From NCBI GenBank assembly GCA_951406725.2, contig OX597819.1, positions 36,642,001 through 36,706,000 of the forward strand: a stretch of DNA of 64,000 bases, given 5' to 3'. The stretch comes from Octopus vulgaris. Taxonomy: Eukaryota. Numbering within the stretch: position 1 is the first letter of the stretch; every line of letters begins with the position of its first letter. The translations under genes and the position numbers were made by a program. Under the pieces are notes generated by a model. It saw only the letters and a list, made by a program, of their open reading frames with translations, did not search any database and was not told where the DNA came from. Shown here one piece after another: positions 1 through 13,472 of the stretch.

Positions 1-314
1 GTAATTAATTAAATTACACCTGTAATGCAGGGGAATTAATCATGAGTTTAATTAAAAATTCTTTTTAATAAATGAAGAGAAGGCAACCATTAGAAATAGA
101 ATGTTGACAATACAGTGTAGAGTGAATCTGATTTTGGCAAATTAGTGAGAACTGCGGACATATTTTAGTGTTATTAGACAGAAGCAGACAAACAGCTGGA
201 CGTTTTTTATGAATAAATACTGAACAACGAAGCAAAATAAAAGGACTTGGGGAAAGGGAGACTGCTTGATTGTGAAAATGACAAACGCCAAAAGGGGATA
301 TATATATAGATATA

Positions 315-529
315 TGGAGGCGCAATAGGCCGGTGTCAGGGCAGCGGACTCGCGGTCGAAGGATTGCCGTTTCGATACCCAGGCCGAGCGTTGTATATGT
401 TTATTGAGCGAAAACACCTAAAAGCTCCACGAGACTCCGGCAGGGGGTGGTGACAACCCCTGTTGTACTCTTTCGCCCCCAACTTTCTCTCACTCTTTTT
501 TCCTGTTTCTTGAGTAACGCTACGATGGA
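315..529 (+). mobile_element. tRNA-derived SINE, family A (internally deleted)
   Basis: tRNA-like head GGAGGCGCAAT..GCAGCGGACTCGCGGTCG..GTTTCGATACCC; body matches copies at 27209 (+) and 9889-10198 (-). Confidence 0.85.
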
Positions 530-885
530 ATATATGTAAATATATTCATGTCTGCGTGTGTGTGTGTGTGCGTGTGTGTGTTGTTATGTATATACTAAAC
601 AAAACATTGTTCCAGGAAATAAGGTAAAAATGTTATGGAGTTATAGAGACTAGCAAGTGACTTAGTCTAAGATTGTGTGATGAAATTGAAGCGACTGCAT
701 CGTGGAAGAGCCACATCAGCAATTTTATAACACACAAAGCTGTAGGCTTGATAAGGTAGCAGCATTTCCAACGCACAGTAGAACTACGTCAGTTACCAAG
801 TAGCTGCTGTGCGATGAAAATTGTCACACCTCATGAAATAAATTTGAATTTTAAGTGAATTTTACAGTTTGTATGTTATTAGTTG

Positions 886-1302
886 GGGATCTTTTCGGTT
901 TGAATGGCAGTTTTTTCTAGCGGTGTCATATGAAATTGTCACCCATAATTATGACCCTTGAATCGATCTATTGCATTTCAATCTGTTTTAGGGTTAGGGT
1001 TAGGGTTAGGGGTGGGGGAAGGGTATCTTTTTTCTTCACAAATGTAAATAAACCCAATCTGTTTCTTAAACGAGGAACATATTCATACGGCACAGAATGC
1101 TTTTTAACTCAATAGACGTCACTGATTGGTTGAAATTGCAGAAATTGAAGAAAAAAACAACAACAAATATCTTACAAACTATAGAATTTTCTCAATAAAG
1201 CCAAGAGAAAAATATGTTTTATAAACACATTCTACCAGTATACGAAGTTTAAAATTTTTTAGTTACCTAGAAATTATGATAAAAACTGCCGTTCAAACCG
1301 AA
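886..1302 (+). mobile_element. Non-autonomous TIR element with internal TTAGGG repeats, copy 1 (right TIR clipped)
   Basis: Left TIR GGGATCTTTTCGGTTTGAATGGCAGTTTT, right AAAACTGCCGTTCAAACCGAA; (TTAGGG)4 at 988-1011; 3 other copies in the window. Confidence 0.85.
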
Positions 1303-2880
1303 TGTTAATGGTACAAATGTTAATGTACTAAAAATATGATTGTCACGAAGGAGCTGTAACGAGGTAAAAAGTAGAATCATATATTTTTAGGTCGGCGAAT
1401 ATATCAGTTTATCTTTTTATTCTTATATTTAAGCAGGTGCAAGCATGATTGTGTTACTAAGAAGTTCTCTTCGTAATGATATGGTTTTGGGATCGAACTC
1501 AATGATATGTGAGTTCAGTCTGTAGCCGGAAACTGTCAGATGAGGGTTCTTGTGTATTCTTGTATAGCAGATTTAATCTGCCACTGAGTTTATCACCAAC
1601 ATCTGACTCATAAGTGTCTTTAGATTCCTCCATTAAGAGTAACAAACAAAAAAAAGAAACACAGTTACATCACTATTATCGCACTTGCACAAAAATACAG
1701 ATTGTAGAAATGCTTTATTAAGTAGGTGTCGAAACACTGAGGTAAATTATTGTGTGTATGTGTGTGTGTGTGAACCAGGGAGAGAGAGTGACAGAGACGG
1801 ATATATAGTTAGTGTTAACAAAAGTCTATTAGATAAAGTCTATTAGATAATGATGACGAGTTTCATGAAACTTTATGGAATTTTCGCCATAGTATGTTGC
1901 TTTGTCTATGAAATAGAAAAACAATCACAATGGAAAGCTAGGAAAACAAGTTACAGTTAACATTAAACAGAAGAATTATCGGAGGTGCATGCCTTGCATA
2001 AAAGAAAATGCAACACACATGAAATAGCTATTTTAATACGTTTACAAGCTATTTAAACTTCAGTTCTTATCAAAGTAAATCAGCAGCTAAGTAATACTAT
2101 AGAAAGCTGTGGTAAAGGAAACGTATATCAAAACGGTTTTTTCTTAGAATGGGATACAATTTAAGAAACGATACCGACGTTAATGAATAAGCACCGCATT
2201 CAAAGATAGTCCTTCAAGGGAATTTTTTTTTTTATAAAGAGGCACTCAAAAACAAGTGAAAGCTTCAATTAAGCTATCTACACTAGTTCATATCATGACC
2301 TACTCCTAATCTTGACCGATATTTTATATAACCTTGACATCTCCTTCACCTCCAAACACTGGCATTTTCTCAGATACCAACATATCGGCAACCAGCAGAA
2401 CTTTAATCACCACCCTGATAAAGAAGTCAACTTTCATCTTTTTATGGACGTTACAAAAGAAACAATCCAAGATGGCGGACTGGTGGAAATGTTAGAGTGT
2501 TGAATGGATGTCTTGCGCCGTATTATTCTGGTTCTTTGCTTTCCTGGTTGAAATCTCTTCATAGCCTACATAGATGGTGGATTTAATTGCTTAGTTTAAT
2601 ACCACAACTCAATTCTTGGCTACCTTTAGTAGAGTCCACTTTATTTCAAGTATTGTGGCTTGGTCTACGGTTAGAAGATACTTTCTTCCTCCCACATCTG
2701 TCTCAGGTCCTGTAAATTGTCATGAACCTCGCCTCTTCCCTCCTGATTCAAAGACAATAAAATATATTTTCTTGCTGAAAGGATGGAAACCTGTCATTTT
2801 CTATTACCAGTCGGCTTTAAGAAAAAGATCTGTTCTAATCAGTATCATCTATATTTTAAATTCAGACATGTTGATATTAA

Positions 2881-3095
2881 CCCTTTAGTATTCAGACAAC
2901 TCTGTCAAATGTAATGTATATTTGATCACATTGTTTTGCACTAATCATGCATTATCAGGTAGCTTTGAGCTTTCGATGATGTGATTATTGTTAAATATAC
3001 ATTGTAGAGTAGGTGAAAGAGGTTAGATAGGATCGGTTTGAACATAGCACAAGTTCAATATTTTGGCTTGATATAGCCGCACCAGTTGCATGGTT
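2881..3095. mobile_element. piggyBac-type MITE remnant
   Basis: TTAA|CCCTTTAG left end; right end degenerate; no coding capacity. Confidence 0.5.
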
Positions 3096-3548
3096 AGACT
3101 TACTTAATGAAAGTGTTTCATTTCGTTGTATTACTTAGGCGAGACCCTACTGTTTGGACATGGTATTTCACCAGTTTTATGCCGATTACTTACCATCGAA
3201 AAATGTATTTCAACCTATCCTAGAAGTTTGAATGCATGAAACCATACTCCAAAATATGCCTTCCCTTCCCGCGCTTCAAGGAACGAAATTCCTCAATTCC
3301 AACCAATTTAAACGGCTCTCTTGTAATTGCATTATAGCAGCACAGTTGAACATATAATTGATGTCACTCATTATAACCAGCAGTAAAATTTTCACTGTGA
3401 ATCACAACGTTGATAAAAATAGCCAAAAAAAAAAAGCATAGGATGCTTTTGTTCGCTGACAGCCAAGAAATGCTGTTGCTTTCCAACTGGAAATCAGACA
3501 TTCTTGTAAATTGAGTGTCTACACATTTTATGGAATCTTACTGTACCA

Positions 3549-3760
3549 TATGAATATGTCCCTCGTTTAAGAAACAGATTGGGTTTATTTACATTTGTGA
3601 AGAAAAAAAGATACCCTTCCCCACCCCTAAACTTAACCCTAACTAACGCTAACCCTAAAACGGATAGAAATGCAATAGATCGATACTAGGGTCATAATTA
3701 TGGGTGACAATTTCATATGACACCGCTAGACAAAACTGCCGTTCAAACCGAAAAGATCCC
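3549..3760 (-). mobile_element. TTAGGG-carrying TIR element, copy 2 (half element)
   Basis: Ends AAAACTGCCGTTCAAACCGAAAAGATCCC; degenerate CCCTAA array at ~3624-3660. Confidence 0.85.
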
Positions 3761-3802
3761 TTATCTGTTTCTTGGAGATCCCTCGCCGATAATATTTTTA
3801 CC

Positions 3803-4152
3803 TTTTTACTTTTTACATGTCTCAGTCATTAGACTGCGGCCATGCCGGGACACAGCCTTGAAGAACTTTTAGTCGAATCGACACTCAGTACCTACTTTTC
3901 TGTTATGCTAGATACTTATTTATTAGGTCTCTTTTCGCCGAACTGCTAAGTTACGAGGAAGTAAACACATCAACACCGTTTGTCAAGTGGTGCTGGGGGT
4001 ACAAACCCAGTAACAAAGACACACACATATCCGACGGCCTTCTTTCAGTATCTGTATACTAAATCCACTCACAAGGCATTGGTCAATCCTTGCCCAAGGC
4101 GCGGCTTGGATTGAGCCTGGAACCTAGTGACTAGAAAGCAAACATCTTACCA
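3803..4152 (-). mobile_element. tRNA-derived SINE, family B (CORE-like)
   Basis: Reverse-complement match to the full copy at 16763-17113. Confidence 0.8.
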
Positions 4153-4635
4153 ACTATATGTGTGTGTATGTGTATGTGTGTGAGGGTATGTGTTAGGTAA
4201 AACTAATCAAATGATTATGTTATCCACGATTCTAAAAAAAAGAATTCAAAATATTTAGATTACAGAGTGTCTGTATATTTTTAAATTTAAGACAAACATA
4301 TTGCTTGTTGACCCATATCAACTGTAGTTCAGATATATCACTGATACACTGCTTCCGAGCGCTGAAACGCATTATAACAAGTAAATTATTGTTTTAAACA
4401 GTACACGCACACAAACGTCAGGCTTCCCTACAATTAGCGTCTACCAAATTCCATTCACAATGTAGTGTTCAATGCTTAAAGATATGCGCTGTGTAATTGT
4501 AGGGAGAACATCTTGATAACACAGTCATTTACTCATGTAAAATTAAACCGGGTGGCAATATTTTAAACTGAGATTCCTTTGCTTAGCATGTAAGCTGTCC
4601 TGCATGTTAAAGAATAGCCGAATTATTTATACAGT

Positions 4636-4959
4636 AGCACATGGCTCAGTGGTTGGAGCGTCGAGCTCACGATCTTGAGGTAGCAAGTTCGATTTCCGGA
4701 CTGGGCTGTGTTGTGTTCTTGTGCAAGACACTTTATTTGACGTTGCCCCAGTTCACTCAGCTGTGGAAATGAGTTGGGAAGCCACTGGCGCCAAGCTGTA
4801 TTGGCCATTGCCTTTCTCTTGGATAACATCAGTGGCGAGGAGTGGAGGCGCTGGTATGCATGGGCAACTGTTGATATTCCATAAAAACCTTGCCGGGACT
4901 TCTGCTTCGGAAGGGAACTTCCAATGTGCAATCCCATGGTCATTACTGAAGGAGGTTTT
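4636..4959 (+). mobile_element. tRNA-derived SINE, family D
   Basis: A box TGGCTCAGTGG, B box GTTCGATTTCC, central TTGTGTTCTTGTGCAAGACACTTTATTT..CAGTTCACTCAGCTG; matches 10582-10922 (-). Confidence 0.85.
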
Positions 4960-5104
4960 TAGCAACCTATATGTAAACTAACCTATAATCAACATTTAAT
5001 GTATTATTATTTCTTTAGCATCTGTCTTATAATCCAATAACTAGACAACATTAAAATATTACTTTAGATTGTTGCTTCCCTATATAGCTCTTCAGGGTCC
5101 TTAT

Positions 5105-5369
5105 CAAAATTCATGATTTTTTCTTGAGAAATATATAGCAGCGGTTTCCCGTTGTCTTCTACCGGTTGTTTTATAGCTCACTCTAGTCGCTTGCTCTCCA
5201 AATCTTACCCTTGAGGCACAGAACCTGTTTAACCACCAGACGAGGGGACTGGTTCACGCGACATCAGAGTATGTCCACATACCGGTGGGCTTGTGCAACG
5301 CATGTCAAAATGCCATCCTTCCTTTGAGTACGGTATGCCTTTGAGTACGGTATGCTTTTGAGTACGGTA
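5105..5369 (-). mobile_element. RTE-type LINE 5'UTR-like remnant with a 17-bp tandem triplet
   Basis: Minus strand GGTAGAAGACAACGGGAAACCGCTGCTATATATTTCTCAAGAAAA resembles the RTE/Bov-A 5' motif; CCTTTGAGTACGGTATG x~3 at 5321-5369. Confidence 0.4.
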
Positions 5370-5512
5370 GAGCCAATTTCTGCTTTCTGATTCATAACTC
5401 AGTGCAGAACAAATATTTCAAGGAACGTTCCTCGAAGTGGTTTAACTTTGCAGTTGTCTTGTTTATGCTATATTCTTCCCGATATACATCCGTGGAAGAT
5501 ACATAAACGCAC

Positions 5513-5567
<55 letters not shown>

Positions 5568-5785
5568 AAAAAGCAATGACAGAACCAGATGTAAGCTCAA
5601 ATACCACGAGTCGTCTCGTCCAACATTATAATAATCCCCCAATACACCATTCTGCACTGATTTTTGTTTTTATAGACCACGAAAGTTAGTAAAGCAAAAA
5701 AAGTAAAATTAACATCAGCGGGACATGTACTCGTTACGGAAATCTGGGAAACACATTGTGAGGTTATATTTAACACTACGCTAAT

Positions 5786-5841
<56 letters not shown>

Positions 5842-5854
5842 ATTATATATACAG

Positions 5855-5969
5855 TACCTTGGGCAAGTGTCATCTACTATAGCCTCGGGCTGACCAAAAC
5901 CTTGTGAGTGGATCTAAGTAGACCGAAACTTGAAGAAGTCCGTCGTATACATGTGTATGTATATAAATA

Positions 5970-6032
<63 letters not shown>

Positions 6033-6210
6033 ATCTTTCCACCACCGGTTGACAGCTCTTGGTTTATTTATGTCCCTGTAACCTAGCAGTTCAGCAAATG
6101 TCACCGAAATAAGTTCTAGACTAAACGCAATAAGTACTGGCCGCAATTAGTTCGTCTATAATTTTTCAAGACGATGATCCAGCATGACCACACTCTAATG
6201 ATCAAAACAA

Positions 6211-6251
<41 letters not shown>

Positions 6252-6417
6252 TTCGACGTGCTGTCGGAGTTTCCGTCTAACAAACTCAAGTAGCAAGGTA
6301 TTGGTTATCCCGAGGATCTTATAAAAGAGACCTACTTAAAGTGTTGCACCATCGGATCGAACCCAGAACTACGTGCTTGCAAAGAATGCTGCTCAACAAT
6401 ACAACCATGACTGCGAC
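5855..6417. mobile_element. Two decayed family B SINE pieces (5855-6213 +, 6254-6417 -) between (AT)n tracts
   Basis: CCTTGGGCAAGTGTCATCTACTATAGCCTCGGG etc. match family B. Confidence 0.75.
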
Positions 6418-6881
6418 TGAATATCATGATCTTATAATTCTTCGTAATACCTCTAAATGTTTATATCGTAGTAAGAAGTCCTTAACATATTATATGTAAA
6501 ACGTAGAATTCTGCGCTGAAACGAAGCAATCAAGGTAATGGATTTTAATCTATAGGCATTCTCCTCCTTCATTCCTTCTCCTTTTCCCTTCTGCACGTAG
6601 ATCTCAAGTAGCTCATTTCTGAGAGAACGTTGTAAATCGTCGTTCTGATTAATTATCTGTCAGACATCACATTTAGGTTTCGGAGACAATCAATTACATC
6701 AAATTATCGAGTTTGATGGTTTGCCTTCCTATGTCCGCGCTGGCTAACAACACTTTTAGCTGCTCTGACAGTCCGAACCGCAGGTAGTTGAAAGAGTAAA
6801 TTGAACAAAAGGGTTGTTTCATCACCAAGAAAATATCAATTACGCTATTACTAATACTATGTGACTGTCTTTTAAGGAATT

Positions 6882-7289
6882 GGATCTTTTCGGTTTGAAC
6901 GGCAGTTTTTAACATAATTTCTAGGTAACTAAAAAATTTTAAACTTCGTATACTGGTAGAATGTGATTATAAAACATCTTTTTCTCTTGGCTTTATTGAG
7001 AACATTCTATAGTTTGTAAGATATTTGGTCTTTAAATTCTTCAATTTCTGCAATTTCACTAATCAATTACGTCCATTGAGGTAAAAAGCATTCTGTGTCG
7101 TATGAATATGTCCCTCGTTTAAGAAACAGATTGGGTTTATTTACATTTGTGAAGAAAAAAAAGATACCCTTCCCCCACCCCTAACCCTAACCCTAAAATA
7201 GATTGAAATGCAATAGATCGATACTAATTATGGGTGACAATTTCATATGACACCGCTAGAAAAATTGCCGTTCAAACCGAAAAGATCCC
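6882..7289 (-). mobile_element. TTAGGG-carrying TIR element, copy 3 (complete)
   Basis: Both ~28-bp TIRs present; flanked by a 38-39 bp direct repeat (6844-6881 / 7290-7327). Confidence 0.9.
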
Positions 7290-7371
7290 GCTATTACTAA
7301 TACCATGTGACTGTCTTTTAAGGAATTTTAAATGCTTTTAAATAAATGCAATAGTTATTAATATCTTATAT

Positions 7372-7880
7372 GTGCATCTTTAGCACACCGGGGGAAATGT
7401 TTAACAACATTACGTCCGTCTTTACTACAGTGTAAGCTCAAATTCCGCCGAGGACGACTTTGCCTGTGATCCGTTTCGGGGTCGACAAAATACTTATAGT
7501 TAAACGGTGGAATCGAGGTTTTCGAGTTAAGCCCTCCCAACTCCACCTCACCCCTAAAATTGTTGGCTTTGTGTCAAACTTCGAAACCAATAGCCATAAA
7601 GACAGAAGGCGGCGAGCTGGCAGAAACGTTAGCACGCCGGGCGAAATGTGTAGCCGTATTTCGTCTGCCGTTATGTTCTGAGTTCAAATTCCGCCGAGGT
7701 CGACTTTGCCTTCCATCCATTCGGGGTCGATAAATTAAGTACCAGTTACGCACTGGGGTCGATATAATCGACTTAATCCGTCTGTCTGTCCTTGTTTGTT
7801 TCATCTGTGTTTCGCCCCTTGTGGGTACTAAGGAAATAGGTATTTCTTCTGACCCTGTGCCAAGATTTGAAACCAATATC
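7372..7880 (+). mobile_element. Tandem Nin-domain SINEs (7372-7592 and 7607-7840) plus an extra tail piece
   Basis: GTCGACTTTGCCTTCCATCCATTCGGGGTCGATAAATTAAGTACCAG Nin-like domain; head AAGGCGGCGAGCTGGCAGAA. Confidence 0.85.
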
Positions 7881-7887
7881 GAATATA

Positions 7888-8031
7888 TGCAGATTTGGCT
7901 TTGTGGTTAAGAGGTTCGCTTCGCAGTGAAGTTAATTTGCATTCAGTACCACTGCGTTGCACCTTGGGCAGGTTTTTACTTCTATAGTCCCGGGGCGAGT
8001 GAATTTAGCTGACGGAAACTGTGTAGAAATC

Positions 8032-8084
<53 letters not shown>

Positions 8085-8310
8085 TATATATATATATACA
8101 TACATACATATATATGTATGTTTGTGTGTCACTCCACTGCTTGACAACCGGTGCTGGTTTCTTTACGTCACTGTAACTTAGCAGTTCGGTTCAATGGACC
8201 GACGAAATAAGTACAAGACAAAGTCAGTACTGGCGTCAATTTATTCGAGTAACTCTACATGCGATTCTCCAATATGACAACAGATCAATGCCAAAAGCAA
8301 ATAAAAGTTA
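7888..8310 (+). mobile_element. Family B SINE with internal (AT)n
   Basis: Head, CACCTTGGGCA core and 3' part match 16763 copy. Confidence 0.75.
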
Positions 8311-8364
8311 ATATGTAATAGAGCAGGAGATTAAAAAGAGTGAAAGGAAAGACAAATCCCTTGG

Positions 8365-8752
8365 CTGGCTTACGTTCGGAATTGAAATCCTGCCGAGATC
8401 AATTTCCAGTTTCCTTGTTCGGGGTTCGATCAAATAATGGACCAATTAAGTACTTGGGGAAGTCGATCTAATTGAATATACTCTCCTCCACATTTGAACT
8501 CTTGAGTCTATATTAGAAATCAATATTTTAAATGTAAAGAAGGCGGCGAGCTGGCAGAATCGTTAGCACACTGGGCAAAATGTATAACGGCATTTTGTCC
8601 GTCTTTACGTTCTGAGTTCAAATACCGCTGAGGTCGACTTTGTCGTTCATCTTTTCAGGGTCGATAAAATAAGTACCAGTTTATCACTGTGGACGATGTA
8701 ATCGACTTACCTCCACCCCCGGATTAGTTGGCCTTGTAACAAATTTTGAAAC
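8365..8752 (+). mobile_element. Two Nin-domain SINEs (8365-8528 decayed; 8541-8752 near full length)
   Basis: Nin domain; second copy flanked by ~18-bp imperfect TSD CAATATTTYAAATGYAAA. Confidence 0.8.
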
Positions 8753-9888
8753 CAATATTTCAAATGCAAACCGTCACCATCGAAATTCCCTTTATCATCA
8801 CATGAATATTCGAAACGACTGTATTTGTTTTAGAGTAACTGTTCCATTCTAGTGAGAACATCTTTAGTTTCAGAATGTTTGCCATGAAAAATTTTAAAAA
8901 TGGTGAAAATAATTTATCCATGTTATTTCTTGTTTTGTTTGGTGATTGTTTTATAAACTTTTTTAATCGTGATGGGGACATTTCTGCAGAAAAATTAACT
9001 TTAAACAACTGCATGAAGAGAGAAAAAGGAACTTTGCTGGAATATGTTTTCAAAACAATAGTTTCGGTGTCTCTTAGTGTGATATTGAATTTTCAATTTA
9101 ATATCCTAAATCGTTTAAAGAACTGAATTGAAATGTTGAAGCCACGTACACCTGAACCTCCTTTTTAAAGATGCTCTTCAAATATCTTTTCCCTGAACAG
9201 TGACGTCGATGTCCTCTTCAGTTCACAAGTAGCGTCATATTTTGTGCCCAAAGGCAAACCAATCGCGTAAATATGGACCAAGCGACATGCTTTTCTAAAA
9301 GTTGTAAATTAACGCAAAGCTGTTCATTTTTTCTTTAATGCAGCTGATATAATGAACAATTGATTGGTTTTGCTTGAGAAATAAATTGAAAATATAATTG
9401 CTTTATGTTTTCATCCTGCTAGATTTTACAGCTTATTTTTTAGCATTTATAAATTGAGAAAGAAATTTCTACCTTTGATTTAATAATAGTCATGTTTTAA
9501 TGACTACATCGCTGATAATACTATCAACAGCAGGTGGCGTTGCGAAGCGATAAGTGTAGAGTTGGTAATCCAGTTTCAATCTCTTGCTAAGCTATAATTC
9601 AGTTTATTTACGCCGTTCATACTCTTAAAAGAGTATAGCATTCATACACTCCTGTCCCCACTATCCGACAGAAACATTCATTACATATCAAATCAGTTTT
9701 AAAGATGACATCATAAACTTGGTACTGCTCTGAAATCAACAAAAACAAGTACGACAATTTCATCAACGCAGCCAAATGCTGATAAGAGATTTAGATATGA
9801 TAAACGAAACACAATGAGTGGAGTATTAGCGTAAACAACCGAAGGACGGTGTAGTTGATTTACAGTATGAAATTCAACAAGCTGCATT

Positions 9889-10198
9889 GTTTTGTTTGTT
9901 TGTTCCTTCTCGAGCCATGCCTGGCTCATAAGGGCCGGTTTCCCGGTTTCTTGGCGTATAGGTTCCCCACCTGGACGGGATGCCGGTCCGTCGCAGGTGA
10001 GCTGCAAGATGCAGGAGGAAAGAGTGAGAGAAAGTTGTGGGGAAAGAGTCAGCAGAGGTTCGCCATTACCTTCTACCGGAGCTGTGTGGAGCTTAGGTGC
10101 TTTCGTTCATAAACACACAACTCACCTGGTCTGAGATTCGAACCCGCGATCCCTCGACCGTGAGTCCGCTGCTCTAACCACTAGGCCATGTGCCTCCA
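9889..10198 (-). mobile_element. Family A SINE, full length
   Basis: tRNA head at 10135-10198, (TTTG)n tail on +, TSD CAACAAGCTGC (9875-9885 / 10199-10209). Confidence 0.9.
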
Positions 10199-10581
10199 CA
10201 ACAAGCTGCTTCGATAGACATCCAAATTTATTTGAGATCACTTTAGTTTATCATCCCACCACGGGCTCTGAGAAGAAAATCTGGGGGTCCGAGATAACTC
10301 ATGTGTCTTTGCTGGTACCAATGTTTAATAGTTTGTAGGATATCAACAAGTTTGGTTACTGGGAAGAATACAAATAAAACAAACACCCCAAAAGCTACAG
10401 TATTTCAGGCGTATATTTTTCGATCGACATACTGGTAAACTAATGAGCTTTATTTCTCCGTCAAAAAAAATCTCTCCAAATGTGAGACTTTTTCTCAAAA
10501 CATCAAAACTTATTGACAAAATATCTTAAGTTCTATAAAATAAGAATTAATAATAATAATAATAATGATTATATATATATA

Positions 10582-10921
10582 AAGGTAAAGACCCCCTTCG
10601 GTCATGAATGACCATGGGATTGCACCTAGAAAGCTACCCTCCTAGACACAAGTCCGGGCAAGGTTGTTTATGGAAGACCAGCAGTCGCCCATGCATACCG
10701 GCCTCCCCTCTCCACGCCACCAGTGTTATCCAAGGGAAAGACAAAGGTCGATACAGCTTGGAACCAGTGACGTCGCAACTCATTTCTACAGCTGAGTGAA
10801 CTGGAGCAACGTGAAATAAAGTGTTTTGCTCAAGAACACAACACGCAGCCCGGTCCGGGATTCGAGCTCACAACCTCACGATCGTAAGCTCGACGCTCTA
10901 ACCACTGAGCCATGCGCCTTC

Positions 10922-10922
<1 letters not shown>
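10582..10922 (-). mobile_element. Family D SINE, full length
   Basis: Intact A/B boxes GGCTCAGTGGTTAGAGCG..GCTCGAATCCCG on minus. Confidence 0.9.
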
Positions 10923-10970
<48 letters not shown>

Positions 10971-10972
10971 CT

Positions 10973-11017
<45 letters not shown>

Positions 11018-11018
<1 letters not shown>

Positions 11019-11676
11019 TAAAGAGTAAAATTAATCAATTAATAATTAATAATTTTACCAAGTACTTCGGTATGTTAAAAGAACCATTATTGGTAAACTT
11101 ATACAAAAATTCTATAATCATGAACATAATTATAATTAGGGTTCAGCAAAATTTGCTTCACCACATACCGAAATTTAGAAATAGCAGTTAAAATACTATT
11201 CTACTACCATAAGATATCTCCCAGACAGCAATTCGCTAAAACTCACGCAGTTAAAGAGAAAATATAACGAATCCACCCGGCTTTGATTAACTGTATACGC
11301 GTTTCGGGGTTAAAGAGATGTAAAATCATATTTCTACTCACTTTTTCCCTTCATCAGTACAGTATTTCAAATTTTAAAATTGAGAGTACTGATAATTAAC
11401 ATACGTACTCGACCAAGCACTATTCGATAGCGATGGTAGTAGAAATATGATTTTACACCTTTTTACATCTCTTTAACCCCGAAACGCGTATACAGTAAAT
11501 CAAAGCCGGGTGGATACGTTATTTTTTTCTCTTTACCAGCGTAAGTTGTAGAGTATTGCTGTCTGGGAGATATCTTATAGTAGTAGAATAGTATTTTAAC
11601 TGTCATTTCTAAATTTCGGTATGTGGTGAAGCAATTTTTGCTGAGCCCTAATTATAATTATGCTCATAATTATAGA

Positions 11677-11680
<4 letters not shown>
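11018..11680 (-). mobile_element. PLE-derived fold-back insert between (TG)n and (TA)n
   Basis: Inverted arms 11107-11338 / 11438-11680; hammerhead on minus. Confidence 0.8.
11290..11363 (-). ncRNA. Minimal type-I hammerhead ribozyme
   Basis: ACTGTA-CTGATGA-A-GGG..CCC-GAAA-CGCG-TA-TACAGT: stem I 6 bp, intact core, palindromic stem III ACGCGT, GUA triplet. Confidence 0.85.
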
Positions 11681-11730
<50 letters not shown>

Positions 11731-12629
11731 TCAAATGATAATACGACTCAGTGCTTTAAAAAATCCCATAATCTTTGTTACTGGTCTAAATTTATTCTTT
11801 TCAGACAATCACAACAATCGTTAGATTCTTACACCCCACACACGTATATGTATTTTAGTTGTGAGTAGTGCAATATTTAGTTCTTCACACAACTACTCTA
11901 TAACCCAGTTTTGATATTCATTTATTTATTTATATTTTGAAATATAAAACAAATAGCATTTATTTCATGCGAGAAATGCTAAAACTACTTGGGTCTCTTA
12001 AGTAGAAGGCTAGAAAAAGGACGGGAGTCGCTTCTTGACTACGGAACTCTCTCTATTCTAGTCAAATAGAAACAACACGTAAATATTCTGGAAATACCAA
12101 TTCAGCAGCCATCTTTTGAAAATAGATATTGAGAGAAATATTTGTATCGTTGCTATTATGTTAAACTGTCGTACGTCCAAATTTGGCCAAAAGTGTTTTT
12201 TCAGTATTTATTATTGCTTCCAATAGCCGGTTCTTTCGATCAAACTATCGTATCTCCAGCTGTTTCAGATGCCAAGATATAAAAAATTGTCAAAGTGTAG
12301 TACAACAGATTTGCTATGGAATGGTGAAACTATTTTTTCGTTTTCTGAAAAAACAACGTTTTGAACTTACGACACTTTTGCATAATACATGATCTATATT
12401 TAGTCTTGCTGTGAAAATAGTTCCACGAGAGCCTTTTTCATTGTTTTGCGAAAATGGTCCAGCGAGGGCCTTTTTCATATTTTGATAGAGGATTGAAGAG
12501 GGTGGTTGCTTTATTTCGTAACATATCAACATTTGCTCACCTCAACCCAATCTATCGAAAATACCGTCGTGAAGCCGCCTAATTCCAGAGCAAAACTGAA
12601 TGCGAGTACACAAACACACCCACCCATAT

Positions 12630-12811
12630 TCTTTTAGTTCTTTCAGACATTTGACTGCGGCCTTGATGGAGCACCACCTTTAGTCGAACAAATCAACCCC
12701 AGGACTTATTCTTTGTAAGCCTAGTACTTATTCTAACGGTCTCTTTAGCCGAACCACACGAAAGTCGGTTGTCAAGTGAGGTGGGGAGACAAACACAGAC
12801 ACAAATATATA

Positions 12812-12846
<35 letters not shown>

Positions 12847-12965
12847 GACGGGCTTCTTTCAGTTTCCGTCTACTCACAAGGCTTGCACAAGGTTCCACGC
12901 AGTGGGATTGAACCCGGAACCATGTGGTTGGGAAGCAAGCTTCTTAACACACAGACACGCCTGCG

Positions 12966-12967
<2 letters not shown>
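12630..12967 (-). mobile_element. Family B SINE
   Basis: Reverse-complement match to the 16763 copy. Confidence 0.85.
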
Positions 12968-13032
<65 letters not shown>

Positions 13033-13472
13033 CAAACCAGAGTCGTTAACCTTGTATTTCTGTGTATCATTGTGGCTGGTACAGTTTCGTTTACATTTCT
13101 TATACATAACCTGCCGTTACTTTATTTGACTGTGATTATTTAATTGTAGTTCTGTTACATCCACCAAGAAACTAGCTTGCTTATGGCGATAGAGATAACC
13201 TCAGTACTTTGTTTGGTATTCATGCTATCGATCTTTGAGGTGGTGCCAAAGGAAACTCGACCAGACGTAAATGAAGATAATATGGGACGGAATGATATAA
13301 TACAGTATCTGCTCTCTCTTTCTAATTTACGCTCTGCATACATGGGCACTTACGTACGCACACGCATATATGTAACAAAGTTATTTTATTCCACACGGGT
13401 AGAAATATAGGAAAAATAAAAGTTGAAAATGCACTAAGAATAGTTAAAATAAATTTTATTATTATATTTAAA

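Noticed and set aside
988-1011. TTAGGG arrays as relics of chromosome fusion
   Set aside because: Short, single orientation and always inside the same TIR element.
5321-5369. 17-bp repeats as a CRISPR-like array
   Set aside because: Directly tandem with no spacers; eukaryotic context.
8760-9240. Overlapping 83-97 aa ORFs
   Set aside because: No recognisable motif or supported splice structure.
10845-10922. tRNA-like sequences (also 27209, 10135, 58748)
   Set aside because: SINE heads continuing into SINE bodies; no closed acceptor stem or terminator.
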